DNA of 64,000 nt, taken from positions 913,752 through 977,751 of the forward strand of contig CATQHW010000001.1 in the NCBI GenBank assembly GCA_958296075.1, given 5' to 3'. Below are positions 56,141-64,000 of the stretch, in pieces. Below the pieces are notes generated by a model that did not search any database, had not been told where the DNA came from, and saw only the letters and a program-made list of their open reading frames with translations. Numbering within the stretch: the first letter of the stretch is position 1; every line of letters begins with the position of its first letter. The DNA comes from an uncultured Spirochaetia bacterium (GTDB lineage: Bacteria; Spirochaetota; Spirochaetia; SZUA-6; Bin103). Made by a program: the position numbers and the translations under genes.

Positions 56141-57154
56141 CTACCATAGGGAGGTCCCCGACACCTTGGAGCAGACCTTGTTGACGATGATCAGCAGGAT
56201 CAGCCCGACCACCGACTGGAACAGCCCCACCGCGCCCCCGAAGGAGTACTCCCGACCGCGCAGCCCGACCCGGTACACGTAGGTCTGGATCACGTCGGAG
56301 ACGCGGATGTTGAGGTCGTTCTGCATCAGGAACACCTTCTCGAAGCCGACCGACAGGATGCTCCCGGTGCGGAGGATCAGCAGGATGATCGCCACCGCCG
56401 CCAAAGCTGGGACCGACACGTGCCAGATGCGCCGCAGGCGCCCGGCTCCGTCCACGGTGGCGGCTTCGTACAGCTCGGGGTTGGCGCGGCTGAGGGCGGC
56501 CAGATAGATGATCGCCCCGAAGCCCACGTCCTGCCAGATGCCGGAGATGACGTACACGGGTCGAAACCAGCGCGTATCGGCCATGAAGTAGATCCGCTCC
56601 AGACCGATCAGGGCGAGCATGTGGTTGATCGATCCGTCGCGCGGCGCCAGCAGCAGGGTGAGAATGCCGACGATGGCGACGATCGAGATGAAGTGCGGGA
56701 GGTAGGTGACCGTCTGCACGGTCTTCTTGAAGCGGGGCAGGCGGCACTCGTGCAGCAGCAGGGCCAGGATGATCGGCGCCGGGAAGCCCCACACCAGCGA
56801 CCAGAAGGAGAGCTGGAAGGTGTTGTTGATGAGGCGAAAGGCGGCGTTGGAGGAGAAGAAGCGTACGAAGTGGTAGAAGCCGAGGTCGTCCGCCCACGGG
56901 CTGCCCAGGATGCCCTTGCTGATCTTGAATTCCTTGAACGCGATCAGCACCCCGTACATCGGCTGGTAGTGGAAGATCAGGAAGAACAGAACCGGCAGCG
57001 CCAGCATCGCGTACAAGGCGCGGTCCTTGCGCACGCGCGCGATCAGGGCCGGCAGCCTGCGGCGCAGGCCGGTGGGTGCCCGGGCCGCTTGGGTAGCCCT
57101 GGTCGCTTGGGTAGCCCGGGCCGCTTGGGTAGCCCTGATCGGCTGGCTGGCCAT
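56141..57154 (-). CDS. sugar ABC transporter permease (LplB-like)
   Basis: Multi-TM protein with EAATVDGAGRLRRIWHV loop. ATG at 57154 lies 2 nt after the upstream stop. The N-terminus carries an (ATQAxR)x3 repeat. Confidence 0.9.
   Translation of the reverse strand: MASQPIRATQAARATQATRATQAARAPTGLRRRLPALIARVRKDRALYAMLALPVLFFLIFHYQPMYGVLIAFKEFKISKGILGSPWADDLGFYHFVRFFSSNAAFRLINNTFQLSFWSLVWGFPAPIILALLLHECRLPRFKKTVQTVTYLPHFISIVAIVGILTLLLAPRDGSINHMLALIGLERIYFMADTRWFRPVYVISGIWQDVGFGAIIYLAALSRANPELYEAATVDGAGRLRRIWHVSVPALAAVAIILLILRTGSILSVGFEKVFLMQNDLNIRVSDVIQTYVYRVGLRGREYSFGGAVGLFQSVVGLILLIIVNKVCSKVSGTSLW
57081..57134. repeat. 18-bp tandem repeat x3 inside the permease 5' end
   Basis: C(G/T)GG(C/T)CGCTTGGGTAGCC repeated at 57081, 57099 and 57117. 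It encodes ATQAAR/ATQATR/ATQAAR. Confidence 0.9.
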
Positions 57155-57156
57155 GC

Positions 57157-60100
57157 TCAGCTCGGGCGCTCCGTCGCGCCGTCGTGCAACGCCCGCAGCA
57201 GGGTCGGGACGTAGCGCGCTTCCTGGGTCAGCGCCTTGCCGACCCGCGGGCGTCCGAGCAGCTCCTCGCCGGTCAGCCCGACGTCGGCCAGATTGCGGCG
57301 CAGGATGGCCGCGACCCCGGCGCTGGGGGCGATCCGGTTGGCGTCCGCCAAGCCTTCCAGCACCTGCACCGACCACTCAGCCGACGGTTCGCCGCCCGCT
57401 TCCGGGCACGAAGTGTAGCGGAAGTGCCCGGCTCCGGTGTCGTAGGTGCGCTCCACCAGCCAGCGCACTCCGCCGGTGATCGCTTCGGCCACCCGATGAT
57501 CGCCCGTCAGGTCGTGATAGCGGCGCAACGCGGACAGCAGTACCCCCACCATGAAGCCGGCCTCGCCGCGCGGACGCGGCAGCCGGCGGCCGCCGTGGCT
57601 GGCGGTGAGTATCCGCTCCCAGCCGCCACCGGGGCTCTGCGCGGCCAGGACGTGCTCGACGATGATGGCCGCCGCGTTGAGGTAGCGGGGATCGTCGTCG
57701 AGCCGGTCCAGGGCGCACAGATGGGTGAGCTGCCAGCCGCACTCGCGGGCGTTGTCGAGAGAGAAGTAGCGCAGATTGCCGGTCATCCGGCGCGCAGTGC
57801 GCTCCAGTACTTCGCGGGCGAAGGGGTCGCCGGTGAGCAGAAAGTAGAGCGCCGGCCCCTGCACCCACGTGTGCGACGGAATGGTCGCGGAGCCGGCCAT
57901 CTTGTTGCGGAAGAAGGGCGGCAGGTAGCCGCCGACGTGGCCGGCCATGTGGGCGACCTGGGCGCCGACCTGCGCCGGATCGCGGGAGTGGTTGCAGGTG
58001 TCGACGTCGAGCAGGTGGCGCGCCGCCTCGCAGCCCAGGGGCAGCCAGCGCGGATCGCCGCCGCGCAGGAACTCGACGAGGTGGCACCAGGGGGAGTCGT
58101 ACTCGTTGTTCTCCCAGAAGCCGCCGGATTTGGCTGAGCCCTTGAAGGTGTCGCCGTAGTTCATGAAGCCGACCTCGTGCCGGGTGGAGCGGTGCTCCAA
58201 CCATTCGGCGAGCGCCCGGTCGACCATGCGTTCATAGGGCGGATGGGGCGAGTCGCGCTTGGCGGCCAGCGGTTCCAGGACACCGGTGCTCCCCAGGTAG
58301 TCGAAGTCGGGACGGACCGCCACCTGACCCTGAAACCAGTCGGCCGCCGCGGTCCGCCGCTCGCCGCCGGCCGCGAAGCACAGCATCAGCTCCGTGGTGA
58401 GGGCGCTGCCGACCTTGATCCGGTAGCAGCCGGACGGCCGGTCGAGCCAGAAGTAGAGGCGGTGCCACTCCCGTTCGTAGTCCGGCAGCTCGACCTCGCC
58501 GAGCGCCGGCAGCAGCTCGACGGCGAGCGCGCCAGGATCGCTGCGCACCGCCTTGGGGTAGCGCTCCCAGAAGTCGCGCAACACCAGGAGACAGGGGCCG
58601 GCCCCGGCGTGCACGGCCAAGCGGCCGGAGGCATGCCCGGCCACCGTTCCGGCATCGCCCCCACCCTCCACGCGGTAGGCGCGGTCGTGTTCGTGCGCCA
58701 CCCGCACCGGCGCGCCGGGCGCCGGCGTTGCCGGCCGGCCGCCGGCGATCCCCGCCGACTGTATCCGCTGCCACGGCAACCGCAGCTCCAGCGAGCGCAC
58801 GCGCAGCAGCGACGCCCGCTCGTGATCGGCGCCGTCCACGTCAGCGTTGGCCGCAGCGGACTCGCCCAGATGGCTCAGGTCGCCGTGCAGGGCCGCGCCG
58901 GCCAGCGGACTGACGACCACCAGCCGGTGCGCGAGCGTCAGGAACGGCTGGCCGGCGTAGAGCTGCACCAGCACCGTGGCGCGCAGGTGCTCCACGCCGT
59001 GCGGATCGGCGACCGGCAGCTCGGCGCGGATCGCCAGCCGCCGCGGCCCCGCCTCGTCGATCCGCACCTCCTGGACCGGCTGTGAGGTCAGCGGCAGTCC
59101 GCTCCCCAGCGCGCCGTGCCAGCCGCCGCCGCGGCCGATGGTCGTCCACCGCCCGGCCCGGCGCACCTCGATCCGATCGAACAGGCCGCCGCCGCGCCGC
59201 ACGGTCACCCGCAGGTAGCGGTTGCCCGCGGTGACGGCGCCGTCCTCGTGGCTGCAGGTCAGGTCTCCGGCGGCCGCCGGAGCCGCGGCGTCCGCGCGGG
59301 TGAGCCGCACCACGCCGCGCGCCGGCAGGGCGCCGCCGGGACAGCCGGCGTCCAGCAGCGCCCAGCGCGCGCTGCCGTCCGGCCAGCGCGAATGGACCCG
59401 TACCTGCGCCTCCTCCCCATCCGGCTCTTCCCCGTCCAGGGCCGAGTCGGGGGCGGCAAAGCTCACCCGCGCGGCCGGCTGCCGCAGCGCGCCGCGCGGC
59501 AACGGCACGGCGAAGGTGAGCGGCAATCCCGCCGGCGCGGCGGCTCCGCAGCGCGCGGCGCCGGTGCTGTCCTCACGCCCGCAGTCGACCACCTCGATCG
59601 GCATCCGCAGATCCGCCGCGTCCGATTCGGGCGCCGGAGCGTCCCCCGGCAGATCGACGGATGCGCGGGTGAGCTCACCGCCGGGCTCGCGGGCCTCCAC
59701 GGCGATCCGATAGGGCCGGCCGGCGGTCAGCCCCCGCAGCGGGAGCGCCAGCAGCGGACAGGGGTCGCCGCTGCCGGCGGTCACCGCGGCGCCGGCGCCT
59801 GCCAGCGGGGTCGCCGTCACGGTCACCGCCACCGGCTCGGAGGCGATGCCGTGCAGTTCGACCGTTCCGGGGCCGGTCACGCGGGTGCTCAGACGGTCCA
59901 GACGCGGCGCGAACGACGACGCCGCAGGCAGCTCGGTGAGAAACAGCACCTTCTCGAGATAGCAGGGGCCGGTTCCGTCCGCGCGAACCGTGAACGGCAC
60001 GCCGACTCCCAGGATATCGATCGGCCGCTCGGCGACGATCAGGTGCCGGCGGTTGTCCCGGCGCTCCGGCCGCACCGTGCCCAGGAGCTCCGAGCCCGCC

Positions 60101-60453
60101 TGCATGGTGTAGCGGTAGTCGTCGCGCTCCGACGCATACAGCAGCAGTCCGACGTACTTGCGGCCGCACACCTGCTCCTTTTCCGGCGACATCCAGAACC
60201 GGTGCTGCAGCAACGCCTGCATGCCCGAGGCGGCCACCGAAGGCGTGCGGTAGAGTCCGTACCCGACCCGAAACGGCATGGCCTGCTGGCCGACGTTGAT
60301 CTGCCAGCCGTCGATCATTTCCGCTTCGACGGCGTTCAGCACCACCGCGTCGCCGCCGGCGGCGATCGCGTCGATCCGGTCATCGCCGATCACGTCGACA
60401 TGGCCTACATCGACATGGCCCACGTCGGCACGGCCGACGAGTTGCTCGCTCAC
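57157..60453 (-). CDS. large (~1,098 aa) putative polysaccharide-degrading protein, paralog of 48119..51382
   Basis: See 48119..51382. GTG start; the N-terminus contains a VGHVD repeat. Confidence 0.65.
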   Translation of the reverse strand: MSEQLVGRADVGHVDVGHVDVIGDDRIDAIAAGGDAVVLNAVEAEMIDGWQINVGQQAMPFRVGYGLYRTPSVAASGMQALLQHRFWMSPEKEQVCGRKYVGLLLYASERDDYRYTMQAGSELLGTVRPERRDNRRHLIVAERPIDILGVGVPFTVRADGTGPCYLEKVLFLTELPAASSFAPRLDRLSTRVTGPGTVELHGIASEPVAVTVTATPLAGAGAAVTAGSGDPCPLLALPLRGLTAGRPYRIAVEAREPGGELTRASVDLPGDAPAPESDAADLRMPIEVVDCGREDSTGAARCGAAAPAGLPLTFAVPLPRGALRQPAARVSFAAPDSALDGEEPDGEEAQVRVHSRWPDGSARWALLDAGCPGGALPARGVVRLTRADAAAPAAAGDLTCSHEDGAVTAGNRYLRVTVRRGGGLFDRIEVRRAGRWTTIGRGGGWHGALGSGLPLTSQPVQEVRIDEAGPRRLAIRAELPVADPHGVEHLRATVLVQLYAGQPFLTLAHRLVVVSPLAGAALHGDLSHLGESAAANADVDGADHERASLLRVRSLELRLPWQRIQSAGIAGGRPATPAPGAPVRVAHEHDRAYRVEGGGDAGTVAGHASGRLAVHAGAGPCLLVLRDFWERYPKAVRSDPGALAVELLPALGEVELPDYEREWHRLYFWLDRPSGCYRIKVGSALTTELMLCFAAGGERRTAAADWFQGQVAVRPDFDYLGSTGVLEPLAAKRDSPHPPYERMVDRALAEWLEHRSTRHEVGFMNYGDTFKGSAKSGGFWENNEYDSPWCHLVEFLRGGDPRWLPLGCEAARHLLDVDTCNHSRDPAQVGAQVAHMAGHVGGYLPPFFRNKMAGSATIPSHTWVQGPALYFLLTGDPFAREVLERTARRMTGNLRYFSLDNARECGWQLTHLCALDRLDDDPRYLNAAAIIVEHVLAAQSPGGGWERILTASHGGRRLPRPRGEAGFMVGVLLSALRRYHDLTGDHRVAEAITGGVRWLVERTYDTGAGHFRYTSCPEAGGEPSAEWSVQVLEGLADANRIAPSAGVAAILRRNLADVGLTGEELLGRPRVGKALTQEARYVPTLLRALHDGATERPS

Positions 60454-60579
60454 CGCCGTGTCACCGACCGGTTGCGCTGCGGAGTCTGTCGGATTGGCGC
60501 GTCAGCGGCATATCCGACGGACACCGTAGCGCACAGGTGGGGATGGGCCAAGAGCGGAGCCGAGGTGAAGGTCTTGGGG

Positions 60580-61845
60580 CTACGGACGCGGATAGCTCAC
60601 GGCCAGCATCGCCTCGACGTCCATGGGGTCGCACCCGAACTGGCTGCGAAGCTGCGCAAGCTGTTCTCGTTCGGATTGCAGTTCCGCGTCCTCGACGAGC
60701 GGCAACGCGATCTCCTGGCCGCCACGCAGCTCCGACTCGCGGCACGCCTGGGTCATCTCCATGGCCATCAGGGCGTCGCGGTCGGTGTACTCGTAGCCCT
60801 GCCGCGCCAGGTGCTCGGCCGCTTCCTGCGAGCCGCGGCTGCGGCGCACCGCATGTACGAAGTCGACGACGTGGCCGGCGACCGAAGCGCCGTAGAAGCC
60901 GCGGCCGGTGCGGGTGGGAACGCGATACGGATTGACGTACTCGATGGTCCGGCCGTCGATCTCGACCGCGGAGCGGGTCCAGATGGCGTCGGCTTCCTCA
61001 TGCACGATCGGGCAGATCACGTCCGCCTTGCCGCCGCCGGCGAGCGATTCGTCGCTGCAGATGCGCACCTCGGATATGCCGTTCCAGTTCCCGACCGGCG
61101 TCTGCACGATGGTCCCGCGCGCGCCGGCGACCTCGGTGTAGCCGGGGCGGGGATGCCGGCCCAGATTGCCCTTGATGTTGCCGGCCAGATCGACGACCAG
61201 ACGGTCGCCCGGGAAGGTGAAGAAATTGCAGTGAAAGGTCTCGTCGACGTGATGGCGGTGCGGCAGGGAGTTGTAGGGCGCCACCGGCATGGTGTGGCTG
61301 ACCGCGCGGGCCGTGAGCGGGTGCGACCGGTAGAAGACGATCCAGCGCGAGTTGTTGTGGTAGCCGGTGTGGTCGTACATGCAGAGCACGCGGCGGACAT
61401 CGCCGATCGCGCCGGTGGCGGTGACCGCCTGGATGATCCGGTCAAACGCGAACCGGAAGAAGTTTTCGCCGATGCGCAGCACGACGTTGCCGGCCCGCGC
61501 GCGCTCGGCCATCTCCCGCCCCTGGCGGAGCGTCATGGCCATGGAGGTCTCCACGTCGTGGTGGATGCCGTGCGCGGACAGGAACGAGGAGATCGAGTGG
61601 TGCGAAGGGACCGGCGTCACCACCAGCGCCGCCTCCGCCACCTGCGCGCCGACCAGGTCGTGAATGGAGTGGAACGACCGCGCGCCGAGCCGTTCGGCCA
61701 TCGCGTCGCTGTGTTCGGCCACCGGGTCGCAGACCGCGACCAGGTCGAGCCACTCGCCCAGATGCGGCAGGATCGGCGCGTAGACGGTGCTGGCGCGGTT
61801 GCCGGCGCCGATCAGCGCGACCCGTAACGGCTTGTCAGTGCTCAT
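60580..61845 (-). CDS. Gfo/Idh/MocA family oxidoreductase
   Basis: MSTDKPLRVALIGAGNRAST Rossmann N-terminus. ATG at 61845 lies within the longer ORF 60580..61962. Confidence 0.85.
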   Translation of the reverse strand: MSTDKPLRVALIGAGNRASTVYAPILPHLGEWLDLVAVCDPVAEHSDAMAERLGARSFHSIHDLVGAQVAEAALVVTPVPSHHSISSFLSAHGIHHDVETSMAMTLRQGREMAERARAGNVVLRIGENFFRFAFDRIIQAVTATGAIGDVRRVLCMYDHTGYHNNSRWIVFYRSHPLTARAVSHTMPVAPYNSLPHRHHVDETFHCNFFTFPGDRLVVDLAGNIKGNLGRHPRPGYTEVAGARGTIVQTPVGNWNGISEVRICSDESLAGGGKADVICPIVHEEADAIWTRSAVEIDGRTIEYVNPYRVPTRTGRGFYGASVAGHVVDFVHAVRRSRGSQEAAEHLARQGYEYTDRDALMAMEMTQACRESELRGGQEIALPLVEDAELQSEREQLAQLRSQFGCDPMDVEAMLAVSYPRP

Positions 61846-61860
61846 GGCGGTGAGTCTACC

Positions 61861-61896
61861 GCGAATGCCCGCCGCTGCGCGAATGCCCGCCGCTGC
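61861..61896. repeat. 18-bp perfect tandem duplication GCGAATGCCCGCCGCTGC x2 just upstream of the oxidoreductase start
   Basis: Read directly: copies at 61861-61878 and 61879-61896, 15 nt from the ATG at 61845 on the minus strand. Confidence 0.9.
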
Positions 61897-61989
61897 GTGA
61901 ACGTTCCGCTCCGCACCAAAAGAACGAGCCGGGCCGCCCGCAGGCGGCCCGGCTCTGGTCACCGGCCTCGCTACGAGGCCCGCTTCAGC

Positions 61990-63708
61990 CTATTTGACGC
62001 TGTCGAACCACGCGTTGGCTTCCCGCGTCAGTACGTCGCCGCCGCTGCGGCGCCACCGGGCGACCACGTCGTCGTAATCGTCGACGCTCTGGGTGCCCAG
62101 GACCACCTTGTAGAAGAACTCCTTGAGCACCTTGTCGACGTCGGCGTACTCCGCCTGCGACGGCAGCGCCACCTTCAGCGGCTGCTCAACGGTGTTCTGG
62201 CTGGCGATAGTGTCGTACAGCATCTGTCGCTGCACGCCGCCGGCGCCGCGGCTCACGTTGTACCACGGTGCGTAGACCCAGAACGGGTTGGTCGAAAAAC
62301 CGCCGGCCAGGTTCTGCCCCAACTCGCCCTGCCGGCGCGGGTCGGCCAGCCATTCGTCGGTCTGGCCGAAGTAGTCGCCGTAATCCGAGCCGTCCCAGGG
62401 GATCCAATGCCATGGCGTCGCTTCCTGACACACCTGCGTCGTATCGCCAGCGAAACAACCGAGCGCCGCCGAATAGTACAGCGCGCGGTCGGTTGCGATG
62501 GCGTTCAGCACCTCCAGCAGGCGATGGAGCTTGGCCTCATCCCGCTCGAGTTGCCGTCCGAACGTCACGTACAACGGCTGCAGGCCGCGTACCGACATGC
62601 CGGCATCGCCGCGCGGTCCGATCGGCGGCTCGCCGTTCACGTAGGGATGATAGTCGGTCACCGACGCGTGGGCGTCCGGATCGACCTCCGTGAAGGCGAT
62701 GATGCTGTAGTGCCCCTGACCGGAGCAATTGTCCGGCCAGCAATCGGGATCGTCATAGATGTAGGAGCGGTGCTCGGGATGGGCCATGTGCCACTTGCGG
62801 TTGAGGTGGCCGCCGCCGTCCCACTCGGAGTCGTCGGAGCCGAGCGAGGAGACGTAGCCGATCTTCTCGTTGGCGAACTTCCACGAGACGTCGTTGGCGC
62901 CGTCCTTGCGCCCGATCTCGGTGACCCACTCCGGATCGATGATCTCATTGGCGTACCAGTCGGCCAGCAGCGCCAGCGTCTCCTTGGTGCCGGGATCGGT
63001 GAAACCGTACTGCAGTTGGCCGTCCTTCTCGATCCACTGGAAGGCAAACGTTCCGTGGGCGCCGAAGATCTCCTGGAAGAAGCCGGCAGGGGCGGTCTCC
63101 TGGTCACCCGGCGCGGTAAACGCGTAGGTGTCCTTGCTGCCGCTGCGGTTGGGGTCCTCATTACGGAACTTGAGGAACGCCTCCTCGAACTCGTCCAGAG
63201 TCTCCGGAACCTTGTCGATGCCGACGTTGTGCAGCCACTGCGCGTTCCAGGCGATGCCTCGCCGGTACACGTTCCAGGGGCTTATGATCGGCAGCCCCAT
63301 GTGCTTGCCGTCGATCTCGCCGTACTTCCACACCCGCGGGTCGCCGAACGACTCGACGTGAGCGTAGTACTCCGGCATCACCGCTCGGATGGTGTCGACC
63401 GACAGCTCGGCCAGGACGCCCTGATCGGCGTAGGTCGCAAGCTGCACGGGATTCATCCGCATGGCGATCATGTCCGGAATCTCGCCGGCCGCCATCATCA
63501 CGTTGAGTACCTCGAACTGGTTCTCCGTCACCACCCAGTCGAACTGGACGTCGAAGTACTCGTCCAGCCAGCGCTTGGTCATGTTCAGTTCCGGGTCCCG
63601 GCGATGCATGTTGGTCGCCGCGCTGGTGTACGTGTACTCCTGGGCCGCCAACTCGAGGGCGAATCCGCCGAGCAGCACCATGACCAGCAATAGTGAGAGT
63701 TTGCGCAT
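61990..63708 (-). CDS. extracellular solute-binding protein of a sugar ABC transporter
   Basis: Signal peptide MRKLSLLLVMVLLGGFALELAAQ, GGAAGGA SD, ~572 aa. It follows a permease gene. Confidence 0.85.
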   Translation of the reverse strand: MRKLSLLLVMVLLGGFALELAAQEYTYTSAATNMHRRDPELNMTKRWLDEYFDVQFDWVVTENQFEVLNVMMAAGEIPDMIAMRMNPVQLATYADQGVLAELSVDTIRAVMPEYYAHVESFGDPRVWKYGEIDGKHMGLPIISPWNVYRRGIAWNAQWLHNVGIDKVPETLDEFEEAFLKFRNEDPNRSGSKDTYAFTAPGDQETAPAGFFQEIFGAHGTFAFQWIEKDGQLQYGFTDPGTKETLALLADWYANEIIDPEWVTEIGRKDGANDVSWKFANEKIGYVSSLGSDDSEWDGGGHLNRKWHMAHPEHRSYIYDDPDCWPDNCSGQGHYSIIAFTEVDPDAHASVTDYHPYVNGEPPIGPRGDAGMSVRGLQPLYVTFGRQLERDEAKLHRLLEVLNAIATDRALYYSAALGCFAGDTTQVCQEATPWHWIPWDGSDYGDYFGQTDEWLADPRRQGELGQNLAGGFSTNPFWVYAPWYNVSRGAGGVQRQMLYDTIASQNTVEQPLKVALPSQAEYADVDKVLKEFFYKVVLGTQSVDDYDDVVARWRRSGGDVLTREANAWFDSVK

Positions 63709-63812
63709 AGTCTTCGATCCTTCCTTGTGTTTTTTTGCGTCGCGCGCCTGGCGATTCGTTCGCGTCAGGCGCACGGTAGAGAATCGGCCCGAAAGGGACC
63801 GGCGGGGCGATG

Positions 63813-64000
63813 TCACCCCTTGAGAGACCCGACTATCACCCCCTTCACGAAGTATTTCTGGATGAACGGATAGACCGCCAGGATCGGCGCGATGGCGACG
63901 AAGATCGCCGCCGAGTTGAGCGTCTCCGGCCGCACCGGCCGCAGTTGCGCCTCGTCAAACGCCTGCTCCGCCTCTATCGTGAACGTGTCGGTCGCGGTGA
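63813..64000 (-). CDS. carbohydrate ABC transporter permease, C-terminal end (gene starts beyond window)
   Basis: The reverse strand reads ...VYPFIQKYFVKGVIVGSLKG*, the same signature as 1..281 and 55226..56116. Confidence 0.75.
   Translation of the reverse strand, partial: TATDTFTIEAEQAFDEAQLRPVRPETLNSAAIFVAIAPILAVYPFIQKYFVKGVIVGSLKG

Noticed and set aside
57081-61896. Short tandem repeats (57081-57134, 60393-60437, 61861-61896; also 4782-4815 and 27059-27112) considered as possible CRISPR arrays.
   Set aside because: Only 2-3 contiguous units with no spacers, repeat lengths of 15-21 bp, and some lie within coding sequence. No cas genes are present.
1-64000. Scan for tRNA, rRNA or integrase genes and att-like direct repeats bounding the 14.5-45.7 kb island.
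   Set aside because: None recognised by eye. The island boundaries at ~14.45 kb and ~45.75 kb show no shared repeat, so no integrative-element call is made.

Overview
High-GC bacterial chromosomal window, roughly 70% GC by eye (not computed). No rRNA, tRNA or CRISPR array was recognised. The flanks (1-14.4 kb and 45.8-64 kb) look like ordinary polysaccharide-utilisation genes: a BNR/sialidase-like protein, a Cys-type sulfatase, two propeller-like paralogs, dehydrogenases, a PhyH dioxygenase, TPP and PLP enzymes, a PL22-like protein, an MBL hydrolase, LplABC-type sugar ABC transporter genes, and two ~1,090-aa paralogs. The centre (~14.5-45.7 kb) is a defence island built on a type 3 BREX locus in the order brxF, brxC-like, pglXI, SNF2 brxHII, pglZ, trailing gene. 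This locus has been opened twice by visibly AT-richer DNA. (1) About 10.5 kb between brxC and pglXI carries a divergent CapH/CapP-like regulator pair and a four-gene type III-like CBASS operon (CD-NTase, HORMA-position gene, TRIP13-like AAA+, 4-TM effector). An IS630 element interrupts the second CBASS gene at a CTAG/TA target, and that gene reads through in frame once the IS is removed in silico. The same block holds a HEPN-like two-gene module, a multiply frameshifted AlbA_2/RecG-like gene, an IS3 remnant and an Rpn-like remnant. (2) About 4 kb between pglXI and brxHII carries a GHKL-ATPase/PD-(D/E)XK fusion, vsr and dcm. pglXI occurs as two intact tandem paralogs with divergent N-terminal two-thirds and near-identical 3' modules. 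There is also a 3' stub fused to the brxHII start and an internally deleted fragment at ~27.1 kb, which suggests repeated allele or cassette exchange by homologous recombination. All functional calls rest on motifs read from the translations; no database search was run.
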